Below, in pieces: positions 1-12,082 of a stretch of DNA of 64,000 nt. The first letter of the stretch is position 1; each line of letters starts with the position of its first letter. The DNA is from Chrysomallon squamiferum (Eukaryota; Animalia; Mollusca), in assembly GCA_012295275.1 (NCBI GenBank), contig CM022677.1, positions 12,834,001 to 12,898,000 of the forward strand. Direction: 5' to 3'. Under the pieces are notes generated by a model that saw nothing but the letters and a program-made list of their open reading frames with translations, ran no database searches and was not told the DNA's origin. The position numbers and the translations under genes are program-made.

Positions 1-84
1 ATAACCGTGGAGTCACTATTTCCATGACAGACATTTTTTATATTTTTTTATCTATTAATCCTGGAAGCTTTAAGAGTATATTTT

Positions 85-87
<3 letters not shown>

Positions 88-131
<44 letters not shown>
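88..131. repeat. (CA)n microsatellite
   Basis: Direct reading. Confidence 0.95.
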
Positions 132-137
<6 letters not shown>

Positions 138-465
138 ACATTCCATTATTCTGACAGGCTGATTATAATAATACATCAATATAATCTATGATATAAACTG
201 CAGGACTATCTGCAAGAACAAATAAAAAATAATCTTGCTCTGTTTTATTTCTCTTGATTTGTTTTTGTTTGTTTGTGGTTTTTTTTTATAATTGCCTCTA
301 TTTATTTATTTATTTTTTAATTATTATTATTATTTTTTTATAATATTTGTAACCAGAGATTTTTTTGTTCTTAAAGATATTATGTTGCTTTTTATGTTCA
401 CTAGCTTTGTCTATATATTTAGTTTAGCAGGGTATAGTAATTGTATACTTTTTTCTATTTATCAG

Positions 466-1836
466 GTTCACGGATCTGATGGAGTGGAACTGAACACAGT
501 CAGTCTAGATATTGATGACAGCAGTCTCGCGCAGGACATGCTGCAGTGTAAACTTCACTGTACGAGTGATCTGCCCCATCTGAACTCTTCGTCTCGAATT
601 AATGTCGACAAAAAAGCTAATCTTAGACAGAAAAGTTACCCATCTAAATGTGCGGAAGAGGACAACGTGAAAATACCAGTATACCTCGACAGCGTGAAAC
701 AGTACAAACTAATAGCTACTCTACCAGTGTATAAAGCTTTTGTAAACAGAAGAGAACCAAATAATACTGACTGTGTTGCTTTGTCTCCTCTCTACTGGAG
801 TTTTACCCACCTCTGTTTGAATAAAATAAACAATCATTTATTTTCAAATTCGGCAACTATGAAAGTGTATCCAGGACCTAACACATCGAAAATTGCCGTA
901 ATTGAAATTTCATTCATGTTAAAAGGAAGATCAGAAGGTTACATAGATGCTGATATTGGGTCAGTCTTCAGTCTAAAACTCAAACCAGTGACCTCATTTG
1001 TAAAAATACAGGTTTCATACAGAGACAGAAACAAAAATTTAATTGCGATCAAAGAAACTGGTTTACAACCCGGGAAAACTGTCGTCGATTGGCAAATCCC
1101 AAACCTTTCATGGATCGAACACAACGTAAATCTGATCAAAATTTCATTATCCGCACAGGATGTATTTTCCATTTGTATCGAAGAAATAAAATTGGAAAGA
1201 AAACCTATGAAACCTGAAAAGCATTTTCCTATATACGCCAGTAACGAGTTCACTGTTATAGGTGTTGATATAGACTTTTGGTGGAGAAATCCGGAAACCA
1301 TGAAAGTATATGTAAAAAATACTGACAAGCTTTTTAGAAAAGTAGATTATTTTAAAATAATTCTTCCAGTTCCTTGGTCAGAGGGTTACAGTGAGACACT
1401 TGTTATCTATCAAGATGGAAACGTACGCCTGCTGCCCCTCCCTCCTGCAGGATTAGACTGGATTCCGTTTGGAACATCAGTTGTGGTTGGAACATGTGAT
1501 GTTGACCTGATCAGACCTGCTGCTCCCATTGATCAAGTGGATATCGACGTCGATAAACGAGAGCTGAAGATTCTTTACAGAAATGGAGAAAAAGCAAAGC
1601 TGACGTTGATTTCCAAAGTGGACAGAACGGAACTCGTTGTTTCTGATCTCATGTTTAAACAGTCCAGTAAGGGATTTCCATTTGCCACATTCCGATCAAT
1701 GTACGTCGACGAGGGCAACACAGACAGCGACAGCATCATGGTGGACAGCTCCAGCGTTTTCGGCGTCATGGAAAACCTGAATGGTGTAGATGGTAAAACG
1801 TTTACACTTTTCAGAAGATGCGAATCAAACATCTGA
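466..1836 (+). CDS. Large terminal coding exon of an uncharacterised protein; true stop is probably at 1937 after a 1-nt frameshift near 1828
   Basis: Acceptor ttttctatttatcag|GTT at 465/466. 457 open codons with globular-looking motifs (IYQDGNVRLLPLPPAGLDWIPFGTSVVVG, RPAAPIDQVDID, FPFATFRSMYVDEGNTDSD). AATAAA at ~2024. The ORF part 292-465 is T-rich intron. Confidence 0.8.
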   Translation, partial: VHGSDGVELNTVSLDIDDSSLAQDMLQCKLHCTSDLPHLNSSSRINVDKKANLRQKSYPSKCAEEDNVKIPVYLDSVKQYKLIATLPVYKAFVNRREPNNTDCVALSPLYWSFTHLCLNKINNHLFSNSATMKVYPGPNTSKIAVIEISFMLKGRSEGYIDADIGSVFSLKLKPVTSFVKIQVSYRDRNKNLIAIKETGLQPGKTVVDWQIPNLSWIEHNVNLIKISLSAQDVFSICIEEIKLERKPMKPEKHFPIYASNEFTVIGVDIDFWWRNPETMKVYVKNTDKLFRKVDYFKIILPVPWSEGYSETLVIYQDGNVRLLPLPPAGLDWIPFGTSVVVGTCDVDLIRPAAPIDQVDIDVDKRELKILYRNGEKAKLTLISKVDRTELVVSDLMFKQSSKGFPFATFRSMYVDEGNTDSDSIMVDSSSVFGVMENLNGVDGKTFTLFRRCESNI

Positions 1837-2451
1837 CTCTCAGTCCGGATATCCATCTGGAAGTATTGCGCACGCGCTACTCAGTATTGTTGTCAGGTAA
1901 TCAGTCAGTTTTAAATAACATGACAGTTCACATGTAAAACTTGTTAGCGTTTATGTTTATAATTATATTAAGTTTCAGATTTCCAGTTCACAGGTCTTAT
2001 GTGTGAAACAGTTTCTTTTCTGAAATAAAACAAGTTTATTTTTGCATTCAGCTGTCTTAGATTAAGCTTACATTTGGCATTAATTTGGACTAGATATAAG
2101 ATTTTAGAAAAAGAGATTGCGTTGGGCATCAGCTAAAGTGAACATAACAAAAAATAGAAATGATAATAATAATGTTTCCTTACTGAGTAATGATTTACTT
2201 TCACAGTGATAACAAGTCTCCTTCATGATTTGTTCACCGTTGGCAACAAGCTTCAAACATGGATGTTTTGGGATATTTATTCAGAATATCTAAACAAATG
2301 AAAACAATTATTAAAATTTGAAAGTTTCCCCAAAATAAAGATTCTTGTCTTTATAACACTGTTAAATAACACTAATTACCATAGTCAAGTCATTGATCAT
2401 TATCAGAATTGCTAAAGCAAGTTCATTTACACTCATAAACAGCTTTTTTTA

Positions 2452-2895
2452 TGGTATCAGGTCAATTGCCCCCTGGACACTGCCCCTAAGGACAACTGCC
2501 CCCATTTTTCTTCAAATATACCTTTCATAGTTATTTTTAAGCAACATTCCAATAAATTCGTCAAAGCTACCTAAAGTCAGCTAATTACTAATTGAACTTG
2601 ATCAGAGGCATTTGAATTACTTTGATCTGCTAAAACGTCTGCTGAAACATATTATCAAAAATCATCTAACACCAAAGCTAACGAGAGTCAGCTAATTACT
2701 AATTCAGGCTAATTAAATGCTAAAGATTCCTTTGATTTGGCAACTGATCAATAATTAAGACGAATGAGACAGTACATAAGGTCATAGCGTCAGAGTACGG
2801 TCATCCAAAACTTTCGTTCGAAAACTATGTGTATGTCCGACAGAAGGAACTCATTGGTGCAGTGATTTCTTACCAGTGTGAATGAAGAAGGCAAC
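2452..2895 (+). mobile_element. MULE/Mutator-like transposon remnant (terminal repeats plus FLYWCH-like N-terminus)
   Basis: Three ggwcaa(t/c)tgcccc-type repeats at 2460-2503. 2763-2894 translates NETVHKVIASEYGHPKLSFENYVYVRQKELIGAVISYQCE*RRQ, resembling the FLYWCH zinc finger of MULE transposases, with an in-frame stop. Confidence 0.55.
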
Positions 2896-4959
2896 ATTTC
2901 ATTTCCTAAAATCGGAATATTTCCACATTGTTTGACTGATGTCTAAGATACAATGTGAACTAAAACTGGATACAACTCAAATCTGTAATGTTGACTTCAA
3001 CACAGTGAAATCTTCTAAAAAAAGAAAAAAGATAAACATTCTGTTATGAAATTAAGTGGAGGCATTGTAGTATTTAGGCAATATTGAAATCTGTTTTCTC
3101 TCTTTTACACTGATTGATTCAAAGACTTGCAGATTATTCAGATATAAGGAACACGTTTATCAGTTTACCTAAATCTTATGTAAAGCTGTCTCTGTGCTGC
3201 TGCAAAGATCAACTCATTTTTGTAATCTTAATTTCCTTCCTTGAAAGGGTGTCCCTCATTTGTTTTTCTTTTGAAATTATTTTCTAAAAAACAAATATTA
3301 TGATGTTTTATATATATTCAGCTTCATTTTCATATTCGTTTCTAGAACTTTGATAAAAATTGAGAATTGACAGCCAAGTTTATAGTTTCTTTTATAGCCT
3401 GCCTAAATGAATTAACAGTTAACTTAAATTGGGAAATTAATAATTAAACTGTAAGGTACTTCTGAGCTATTTAGAGCAGTTAATTACAATTTGTTAATTT
3501 CTGCATCATGCTTAAAAATACTGTAGTTTTAGAAATTATCATTTTGATATAAAACATGTGTATACTGGTTTGAAACTGTATGAAACAATCAGTATTCTGT
3601 TTGCTAAATGACTGAAATGAAACTCAGATTTTCCACTGACTATGAAGGAAAAAGACCAGCAAATTTTATTCAGATGAAAATTCGTTACTTCCTTCACATC
3701 AATCATATTTTGTTGTCATTTTAATCTCCTTTTCTTTTTTTCTTTCTTTTCTTGTTTTTTTGTTTTTGTTTTTTTGTTTTGTCATTGTGTACTTATAAGT
3801 TAAATGATTTAAAGGATAATTATATTTTTGAAAGTACCATCACATATCTGCTAAACATAATTACATAATAATTTAAATGAAAAGAAAAATATAACTGATT
3901 ACTAAAAAATTATACTCATAGTACATCGTATTGTTTAATAATGTATTTTCGATTATCTGCCCTTGAAAACTTTCCAAAAGGCAGACGATGAAACATTTTA
4001 CAAACTAAATTACAAACATGTATTCCAAAGTATATAAAGAATAATAAAAAAAAAAGAAAATAAAAAAACATTTCAAGAAAGTAATATTCTACCATTACCT
4101 GTATATATAAAGACGTCAACTCTTCGTGATTCTTAGAATCTACATTTAACTGAAAAAAACATAAATAACAAACACCGCAAATAAAAGTAGAAATCCCGCC
4201 TCCCCCCGAAATAAAAAATTATATGAGAGTAATCTCCCTTCAGCTGTAGTTTCTTTCTTTCTTCTGTTTGTGGAGTTCTCGGTGTACGTCATTGCACACC
4301 ACAGAAAATCGCTGATAACGAAACGTCGTATACAGCTGTATAATGAGTAATAAATGTAAATGTGTAGGTACGTTCCAGGAATATCATAACATTTTCATAC
4401 AATATAAACAATATACCGTATCTGTTAATATGGGATAAATAATTAAAATATAAACAATAAAAATAAATACAGTGGACGCTGTCAAAACCGGATGATTCAT
4501 TGAGACCAACGTTTTCTCTGATTTTCCTCAATTGCATGTAACAATCACTACATATGTGTGTATAGCTAAATATTTTTGTTTACACTGGAAACAAGTGCAA
4601 ATCTAATAATAATCTTGTTCATCTAGCTGCATATTATATTACAAGAAGCTTGATATAATTGTTTGTTAAGCCATCGAAGAAGAGCGATCATTTTATCTCA
4701 CGCGCTAGTCTAATTATGTTCAAACTGCCATCAGTGTTTAAGAAATGATAGTACTTAGAAAATTGTGTGCCACTGCTAATTACTATATAAACTTTTCTGT
4801 TGTTGTGAAATTTGCACCCGGAATCATCGAGATTGGATTAGTTTTTGTTCATAACAGGTTACCGATAGCTGGACGAAACTTTGAAATTGTGCTGGTTATT
4901 CAGAAATCTGTATTAGTCGAAGACTGGTTTTCTCAGAGTCCATTGTATACAATTAAATC

Positions 4960-4990
<31 letters not shown>

Positions 4991-5223
4991 TCATGTATTC
5001 ATGACGTAAACAATACATCTGAAATATCATAGGATAATTTATGCAATGTACAACAAGTTACTGACATTTATGATATTCTAATTCTGTAATATAAAACATT
5101 AAAAACTAACATACTGAATCGACTGTTACATCAATGCGGGGAATTTTATACAATGTTTTCTTTATATATTTTAATTAAGTAAAGTGTATAAAATATTTCT
5201 AGTGTGTGTGTCTGAGTGTTGCA

Positions 5224-5324
<101 letters not shown>

Positions 5325-5402
5325 CAGTTTTTAATATAAGAGTACTTGTTTTTTGACCTCATTGTTTAACGCAACATGTACGTAATGACAATTTACATCT
5401 AT

Positions 5403-6314
5403 ATACTTGCTCTTTTTCTAGAATCCATTTAGAGCCAATAAGAACGGGACAAGCTCCATGAATTGTCATTTTGTTAGGTGAACCATTCCGATATAAATTA
5501 TACCAAAATATAGCTGCACCTGCTTTAGGTTGTATTCTTACACCAAGATGAAGAAACACTGTTGCACCTCCTTCTACATCACTCAAATAGTTTAACCACG
5601 TGGCAATTCTGTTTCCACGGCAAGAATCTGCTTTGTGGAAATAGTCAGCATGAGCCGTGAAGTACCCGCCTATTCCATAGTTTGCTACCTGCAGTCGTTC
5701 TGAAGCTTTCATTGAAAGACCTGTGATTGCTTCAATTCTTTTCTGAATTCTCAAGTCTGCTTCTGTGAAACCTCTTCCTAAAAATGTAGTTTTGCTAATT
5801 CTTTTCTCAGATTTCACATGTTTTCCAAAGTTATCGATTTCGGATGTTTTTAAAAGTGGCAAAGAAACTGTTGTAATGTCTTCAATTTCAGCATCACTGA
5901 TAAAATCATGATAGAGAACAATTTTCGGTGAGAAATGCAGAATCTCTTCTTTAGCAGGCTTAAGAATTAGAAGCGGATTTTTGATATTGCAATGGTAGCG
6001 ACATTTCAGACGATGTCGCTGTCGTACTTTAATAACGTCTTCACCACGTCAGAGAGCATCGAAAGTTGTTTTTTCTTTAACTTTGGTATTTTTTCTCTTT
6101 TCTTTCCTACGTTTTGATATACTTGAATACTTTTTTCTTCTGTTCGGAGCACGTTCAAGTCCACGAGCTAACATTAACTGTTCATAAAACATGTTCTATC
6201 GGTCCCGCTAATTCTTTACCGTGTATGTCATAGTCATGAAGTTCTAACCAAGATACGTTCTGAATTTTTTCTGTTCTTACTTTCTCAAGACTTATCTCAA
6301 TCCAGATATGTACA
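5403..6314 (-). pseudogene. P4HA: Prolyl 4-hydroxylase alpha subunit pseudogene, copy 1 (5'-truncated, intronless)
   Basis: LQVANYGIGGYFTAHADY, GNRIATWLNYLSDVEGGATVF and HGACPVLIGSKW are P4HA catalytic motifs. Upstream frame reads FDAL*RGED (TGA at 6049-6051). 15-nt deletion after KW. C-terminus lost. Confidence 0.92.
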
Positions 6315-6477
6315 GAAGAAAATATCACTTTTAAATTCCAGGAAAAGCGCTGGGTATATTTTAGATAAATACTTTTTCTAAGCTGGAGTCAGTGAGATGG
6401 AGAAACATGAAGGTGATTTTCAATAATTACACCACAGCCTGTGTTTTTAATTTTCTGGTAATTAATATTTAATAAGT

Positions 6478-8067
6478 ATATTTTAAGAAATGTGGTACTT
6501 AGTCGTCCTGTACAACGGCGTGTGTTTTGTGAAGAAACGTTTGGGTGAAATTTGTGAAGACAAGTCGGACTGTGCAGACGTATTAAAAAATCTGCTGTCC
6601 AGTTTTGTTCTTTCAAAAATCAGTGTCGAGACATGATAAAACTTGTATCTGAGTATTTACTAAAACACTAAACTTTGACGTACAGTGTAGTTTTCTAGAC
6701 GTAATTTGTGACACTGGGCAGAGTTTATCTTCTATAAACAAATAAGATTTCAGTTTTATTTGAATAAACTGAGGTTCTACCAAACAGAGCATGATCTAAT
6801 ATAAAGAATATATGCCTAAAATAATCATTTTATTTCTTTTCTTACTTCTTTCTTTTTATCCTGGTTTAAGTAATCTTTCTTAATTATAATTTTATTTATC
6901 ATTTTAATTAGTATTGTTGTTGTTGTTGTGTTTACAAGAATAAATAAATAAATAAATAAATAAATAAATATGATTTTAATTTTAATACCGACTGCACAAT
7001 TTAAATAATGGAGATTGGATATTTATATCGTATTAGGCGTATTATGTAGATGAGAAGGCGGCAGTTTAATCTGATATTTTAAAAGCTTCAGGTAAAATTT
7101 TACTGATAACTGGAGGAGAAATATTATTATTTACTTGATAGTAAAGACATTATTCTTATGTTTCAGTAGGATTAAATAATTGATATATTTCGTCTAGCTA
7201 ACTGAAAATATCCTCATATCTCATAAAACACTAGTTCAGGAGGACATGCATGTTTTCTGTGATGTAACTTACAATATGTAACTTATAAGATTTCTCCTAG
7301 TAGAATAAAATGTAACTGTAAGTGAAATTATCAGTATTTTTTATGAAGCAAAATAGAGGAAAATATAATAAAACATCACGTTATTTTCACTCAGTATCAA
7401 TTTATAAAAATAAACGTCGCTGGTTTTATGTATTAACGTGAATTAATGTAATCTGTTCTGCTGTTAATCAAATATCACATTTATATTGATCTGACCTTTT
7501 ATTTTATAGTGGCATTCAGCGATGGACTTCTAAATTCATTTTATATATAAAACCAGCGACGTTTATTGATACTTAGTGAAAATAACGTGATGTTTTGTTA
7601 TGTTTTATCTCTATTAATATCCAACATCCATTATATAAATTGTGCAGTTAAATTAAAATTATATTTATTTATTTATTTATATATTTATTTATTTATTTCA
7701 ATTAAAGATAATCGGTGTAAATAGAGGTATTCATAATATTTCAAACTATTTTTGGTTGAATCTCAGTTTATAAAACTGAAATCTTGTTAATTTATAGAAC
7801 GTAAATTCCGTCCAGCAATTTGTCCATAGAAAAATACACTGTACGTCAAAGTTTTGTGTTTCAGTAAATACTCAAATACGATTTGTATCACTTGACTTTT
7901 GGAAGAATAAAACTGGACAGCAGAATGTTTACTGAACACGTGTTATCCAGACAGTCAGCTACACGTCTGCACAGCCCGACCTGTCTTCACAAGTTTCACC
8001 CAAACGTTTCTTCACAAAACACTCGCCGTTGTATAGGACGAACAAGTACAACATTTCTTAAAATATT
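6478..8067. repeat. Large imperfect inverted repeat: arms ~6478-7023 and ~7617-8067
   Basis: 6481-6600 is the reverse complement of 7960-8065, which is why ORFs 6389- and 7883+ share RLHSPTCLHKFHPNVSSQNTRRC. Further matches: 6640-6790 with 7745-7890, and 6950-7023 with 7617-7690. Confidence 0.9.
7354..7613. mobile_element. MITE-like hairpin element (~260 bp, ~70-bp TIRs) in the spacer of the large inverted repeat
   Basis: tagaggaaaatataataaaacatcacgttattttcact...aataaacgtcgctggtttta pairs with taaaaccagcgacgtttatt...agtgaaaataacgtgatgttttgttatgttttatctcta. Confidence 0.7.
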
Positions 8068-9779
8068 GTGGTTAAATGCTAACTCGCTATGTATCAATTC
8101 TACAGCTACTGTTGAATAAAGGGTACATAACTCTATATTTCGCTGCAGCATATTATATTCTGTTATTGATTCACGGTTTCAGATATTTAGTTTTATCTAT
8201 AATAATAATGTGATTTTGTTTCTTGTATAATCTGTAATACAGTCAATAAAAAATGACGTTAATCCACAAGCGCGCGCAATAATTCTGATTATCCACTGAT
8301 CTTCTATAAAACAAAATATTTATCTTGCGCATTCTGCGTTAGTAAAGGTAAGTAATGTATCATGTCATTTTATTAATTTATCATTTTCTCACCTTTTCAA
8401 GTATAATCCTACATTGGTAATTAAAAAAATAAAACTCCAGAAGCCCATTTAATATGTTCAATACACCTCTCTCACCTACATACTAAATTATAAAAAAAAT
8501 GTTTTTATTATACGATGTAAATATTTATTTATTTATTTATTATTATTATTATTATTCTCAAATAAGTGTCTCGCTCATTCTCTCTTTTTTTTTATGTTCT
8601 GTTTGTCAGTAAAGACGATTGAAAAGTGGATATCTCCAGTGAACTTGTCTGTGTGAAGCTATAGCTACGTCATAAAATATACTGACATCCAGACTGGAGC
8701 GATGATGTTAACATTTGAAGTCTTATGGATATTGAGAAGTAAAGAAATCAAACAAAGATTAAAATTTTATTTTCTTCTATTGTTGTTGTCGATGTCGTAG
8801 TTGTTGTTGTTTTGTGTGTGTACTGTAGCATTATAGTAAACACTACAGGTGTGATTTTACTGCGAGAACACAGTGTACTTTCAGAAATGTAGATTGGGTT
8901 TCGGGTTAGCGTGTATTGAAAAATAGAGGAATTGTTTTTTAATTAACAGTATCAGATCATTATATTTTGCATAATAAATAAATAAATAAATAATAAGCTT
9001 AATTTTTTTTTTAACAGTAATAACGTGTCTAACAAGTTGAATAATGAATCAACGTCTAATAATGTGTATTATTCTCTTTTTTTATTAAGATAGTAGAATT
9101 GCAGTTGAGAGGTGAGAGTCTAGATTAAGATGAATTAAGTTCACCATGTTATTGATATTTGCAAGTGCATCTTTCTTAAGTGCTACTAGAAAAGTCGAGA
9201 ATATAGAGAAACATTAATAGACGTTTTTATTATTAAAAGTAAAGTGAAAAGGCGAGGATGCGCGAGATGAATCTTGTTTATTATAACACAAGTTCTGTAA
9301 ATATACTCTGGATCTATCTGACTATTATTTAACTGTATACATAAACACCGTCTCACTGATATGAACTTTCGTATATAACTATCCTCTAAGGCAAACACGT
9401 ATACCAAACTATTTCTTTTCTATGTGTGTCTTTCTGTGTGTGTGTGTCTGTGTATGTGTGTGTGTGTCTATCTCTCTATCTGTTTATTTGTTGATATTTG
9501 TTTCTTTATTTATGATGACGACTGCAATACTGACATAACGACATTAACGATAAAAACAACAACACTAATTGCAATAATACTACTTAAAATGATAAATAAA
9601 ATAGTAATTTGGTCCTCAAATTTGTTGGACTGATTATTGCTATGTAATCATTGTTTACTACTAATAATAATTAGTCCTAATCACAATACAAGTCAAATTC
9701 AAAATTTCAATAAACTAAACTCCTTGACAAATATCACACAAGAATGCATCCACCGGTTCTGCTGTAGCATTCAAATTGA

Positions 9780-10140
9780 ACTGCCATTTTGACTTTGGTA
9801 TCTTCTAAAAAATGTTTTGTAATTTTGTCTCTAAAACATTTGCTTTCTTTGCCTTTCTTCCTCCTTTTTCTTCTTCTCTGCCAACTCTTCTTCATACCTC
9901 TTGACACTTTCTTCTTCTGTCAATGCCTCGGCATACCTCATCCTTTTGATCTTATTGCCCCAAGTGGTGGAGTAAAATAAAAAACATATTTCTTGCCTAA
10001 TTATCACATATTAATCAAGTTTCTTCTGCTGAACTTAAAAACCGATTATATTTACCTCAAAATGCAGTATAGCGACTGCAACTCATAATATACCTCGGAG
10101 GCCAGAATTGCCCGGAGGCCAGAATTACCCCAACTTACTA
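9780..10140 (-). mobile_element. pogo/Tigger-like DNA transposon remnant
   Basis: Minus-strand terminus tagtaagttggggtaattctggcctccgggcaattctggcctccg, with a duplicated 18-mer. Downstream KRMRYAEALTEEESVKRYEEELAEKKKKEEERQRK resembles the charged C-terminal region of pogo-type DDE transposases. Confidence 0.4.
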
Positions 10141-10969
10141 CTAGTTTTAAATAAAATACCCATTTCGTACTATTTTTTTTTTTCACTTTTTATTACGACA
10201 TCGTCAGCCAAGAAAAAATAAATAACAAAATTTAAAAAATAAGTAAATAAATAAAAGTAAAATAAAATAATTGAAATAAAATAAATTAAAATGAAATAAA
10301 TAATTTTCACTGACGCTGGCTGGAGGGATGGATCTATCCATATAGATATACACACATACATACATACATATATACATACACACACCTGTATAGGAATAAT
10401 AATGTATTTGTATGTTTAGAAGTTTATTAGCAGGTATATGTATATAAAAGGATAAGTAACTACATGTATGTGTGTGTAAAAAAGAGTGGATAGATGGTAG
10501 ATGATAACTTCATTCCAAATATAATTAATGAATTTTACAAAGTCACTGTACTAATCAAAATACATCAAACATGATGTATATTGCTATTTTAATCCTTTTA
10601 TATAAAAGTTAAAAACATAATGTTAATCTGATTGCAAATAGGAATATAAAAACATTTGAGAAATTATTTTTATTAAAATTACATGCTCTAATCTGAAATA
10701 CATACATCTAATACTTTACGTGGTAGGTGAGATATTAATAACATCAAATTACACATTTATACAAATATTCTGTTCACTACTCTATTAGGATGTCCTGCAA
10801 ATTATTACATTGATTCTATTCATTTTCAGTACATCATTTTACAAAAATACAAATGTATTATATTTTCAAATATGTGGTTTAATTCAGTATAAGAGAAAAC
10901 ATTTTGCACAGAATTATTTAAAACTGAAATAAAATGGAAAGGTTTACAATGAATAATATATTTAAATAC

Positions 10970-11101
10970 CTGCTGGACAACACCAAATACTTCAACTCTA
11001 CTGGAGACTCGAGCTTCTCTTTGTTCCAAAATGTCAACCTGAGTTTGTATTTTAGAAACAGTTTCTTAGATATTTTTATCCTTAACAAGCTGATTTAACT
11101 T
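10970..11101 (-). pseudogene. Isolated IRAG/LRMP (MRVI1-domain) exon copy with internal stop
   Basis: ttttcag|132 nt|gtattt. Translates KLNQLVKDKNI*ETVSKIQTQVDILEQREARVSSRVEVFGVVQQ. Paralogous to 33379-33509 and similar to LRMP ...CAARVASRAEMLGAINQ. Confidence 0.8.
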
Positions 11102-11149
11102 CTGAAAATAAACAGTTTAAATCCACAGTTTAGTACATTGCTGACATTG

Positions 11150-11215
<66 letters not shown>

Positions 11216-12038
11216 GAATTAAAATGGAGTGTATGATACAAGATTCTAATGTATGTACATACTTACTGGTACATGTTACAAAATGCAACTTCCTACATTA
11301 ATTTAAATTAAACTTCATTAGGTTTAGAATAATGAGAAATACATAAGAAAAACTAGTAATTCACTTGTTCAGTTTTTTTTTCTCTTTTCCAGTGGCAGCA
11401 AACTTTATCCTCAGTGCTGGACAGCACCTTCTACTGAATACTGAAACAACTTCACTAGCAAACATCAACATCAATTACGTGCATACTGAAAAAAAAAAAT
11501 AGAAAATAAAATAATAAAAATAAATAACTAATGTTTCTGTTATTATTAAAATTAAAATGTTGCTGTTATCAGTTACTGGATTAAACAGACACAAAGGGGT
11601 GTGGGTTATTTTTGATATACTTTGTATATCCATTATAATGATAATGATGATAATGGTAATAATTTAAATAATTAACAAAACAACAGGAAACAAATGATTA
11701 TTATTATGCTGTTTTACAATCAGTAAAGAGTTGTTACTGTAAAAATTATTTTACTTACTAAGAAATAAAAATAAGATTTAAAAACTTACTACTTGGAATT
11801 GTGCAGTCTGCAGTGTCTGTACAGCTGATTCATCCTTCTCCATAATGTAAATTCCCTTTCTAGACAGCAACTGAACAATACTGCAATGACCTACATAAAA
11901 TATCTAACATCAACAGTAAACAATGTTTTTAGCAATTCCAACATGAACATAATACTTTCTTTTTATCAATCTACATCTGTCTGATTAAAGCGTATGCTAT
12001 TTTGATTATTATCATTCATGCAATATTTCTCTCTCTGT

Positions 12039-12082
<44 letters not shown>

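Noticed and set aside
292-465. Hydrophobic N-terminus of the 514-aa ORF as a signal or TM segment
   Set aside because: T-rich intron sequence upstream of a clear acceptor; the start codon is TTG.
939-1856. Minus-strand ORFs 939-1328 and 1575-1856
   Set aside because: Antisense shadows of the real plus-strand exon.
6049-6051. TGA at a conserved Cys (LCRG) of P4HA as selenocysteine
   Set aside because: The copy is truncated at both ends with other deletions, and no SECIS was seen; this is an ordinary nonsense mutation.
6389-8119. Two small ORFs sharing RLHSPTCLHKFHPNVSSQNTRRC as a peptide gene pair
   Set aside because: By-product of the inverted repeat; non-ATG starts and no conservation of frame ends.
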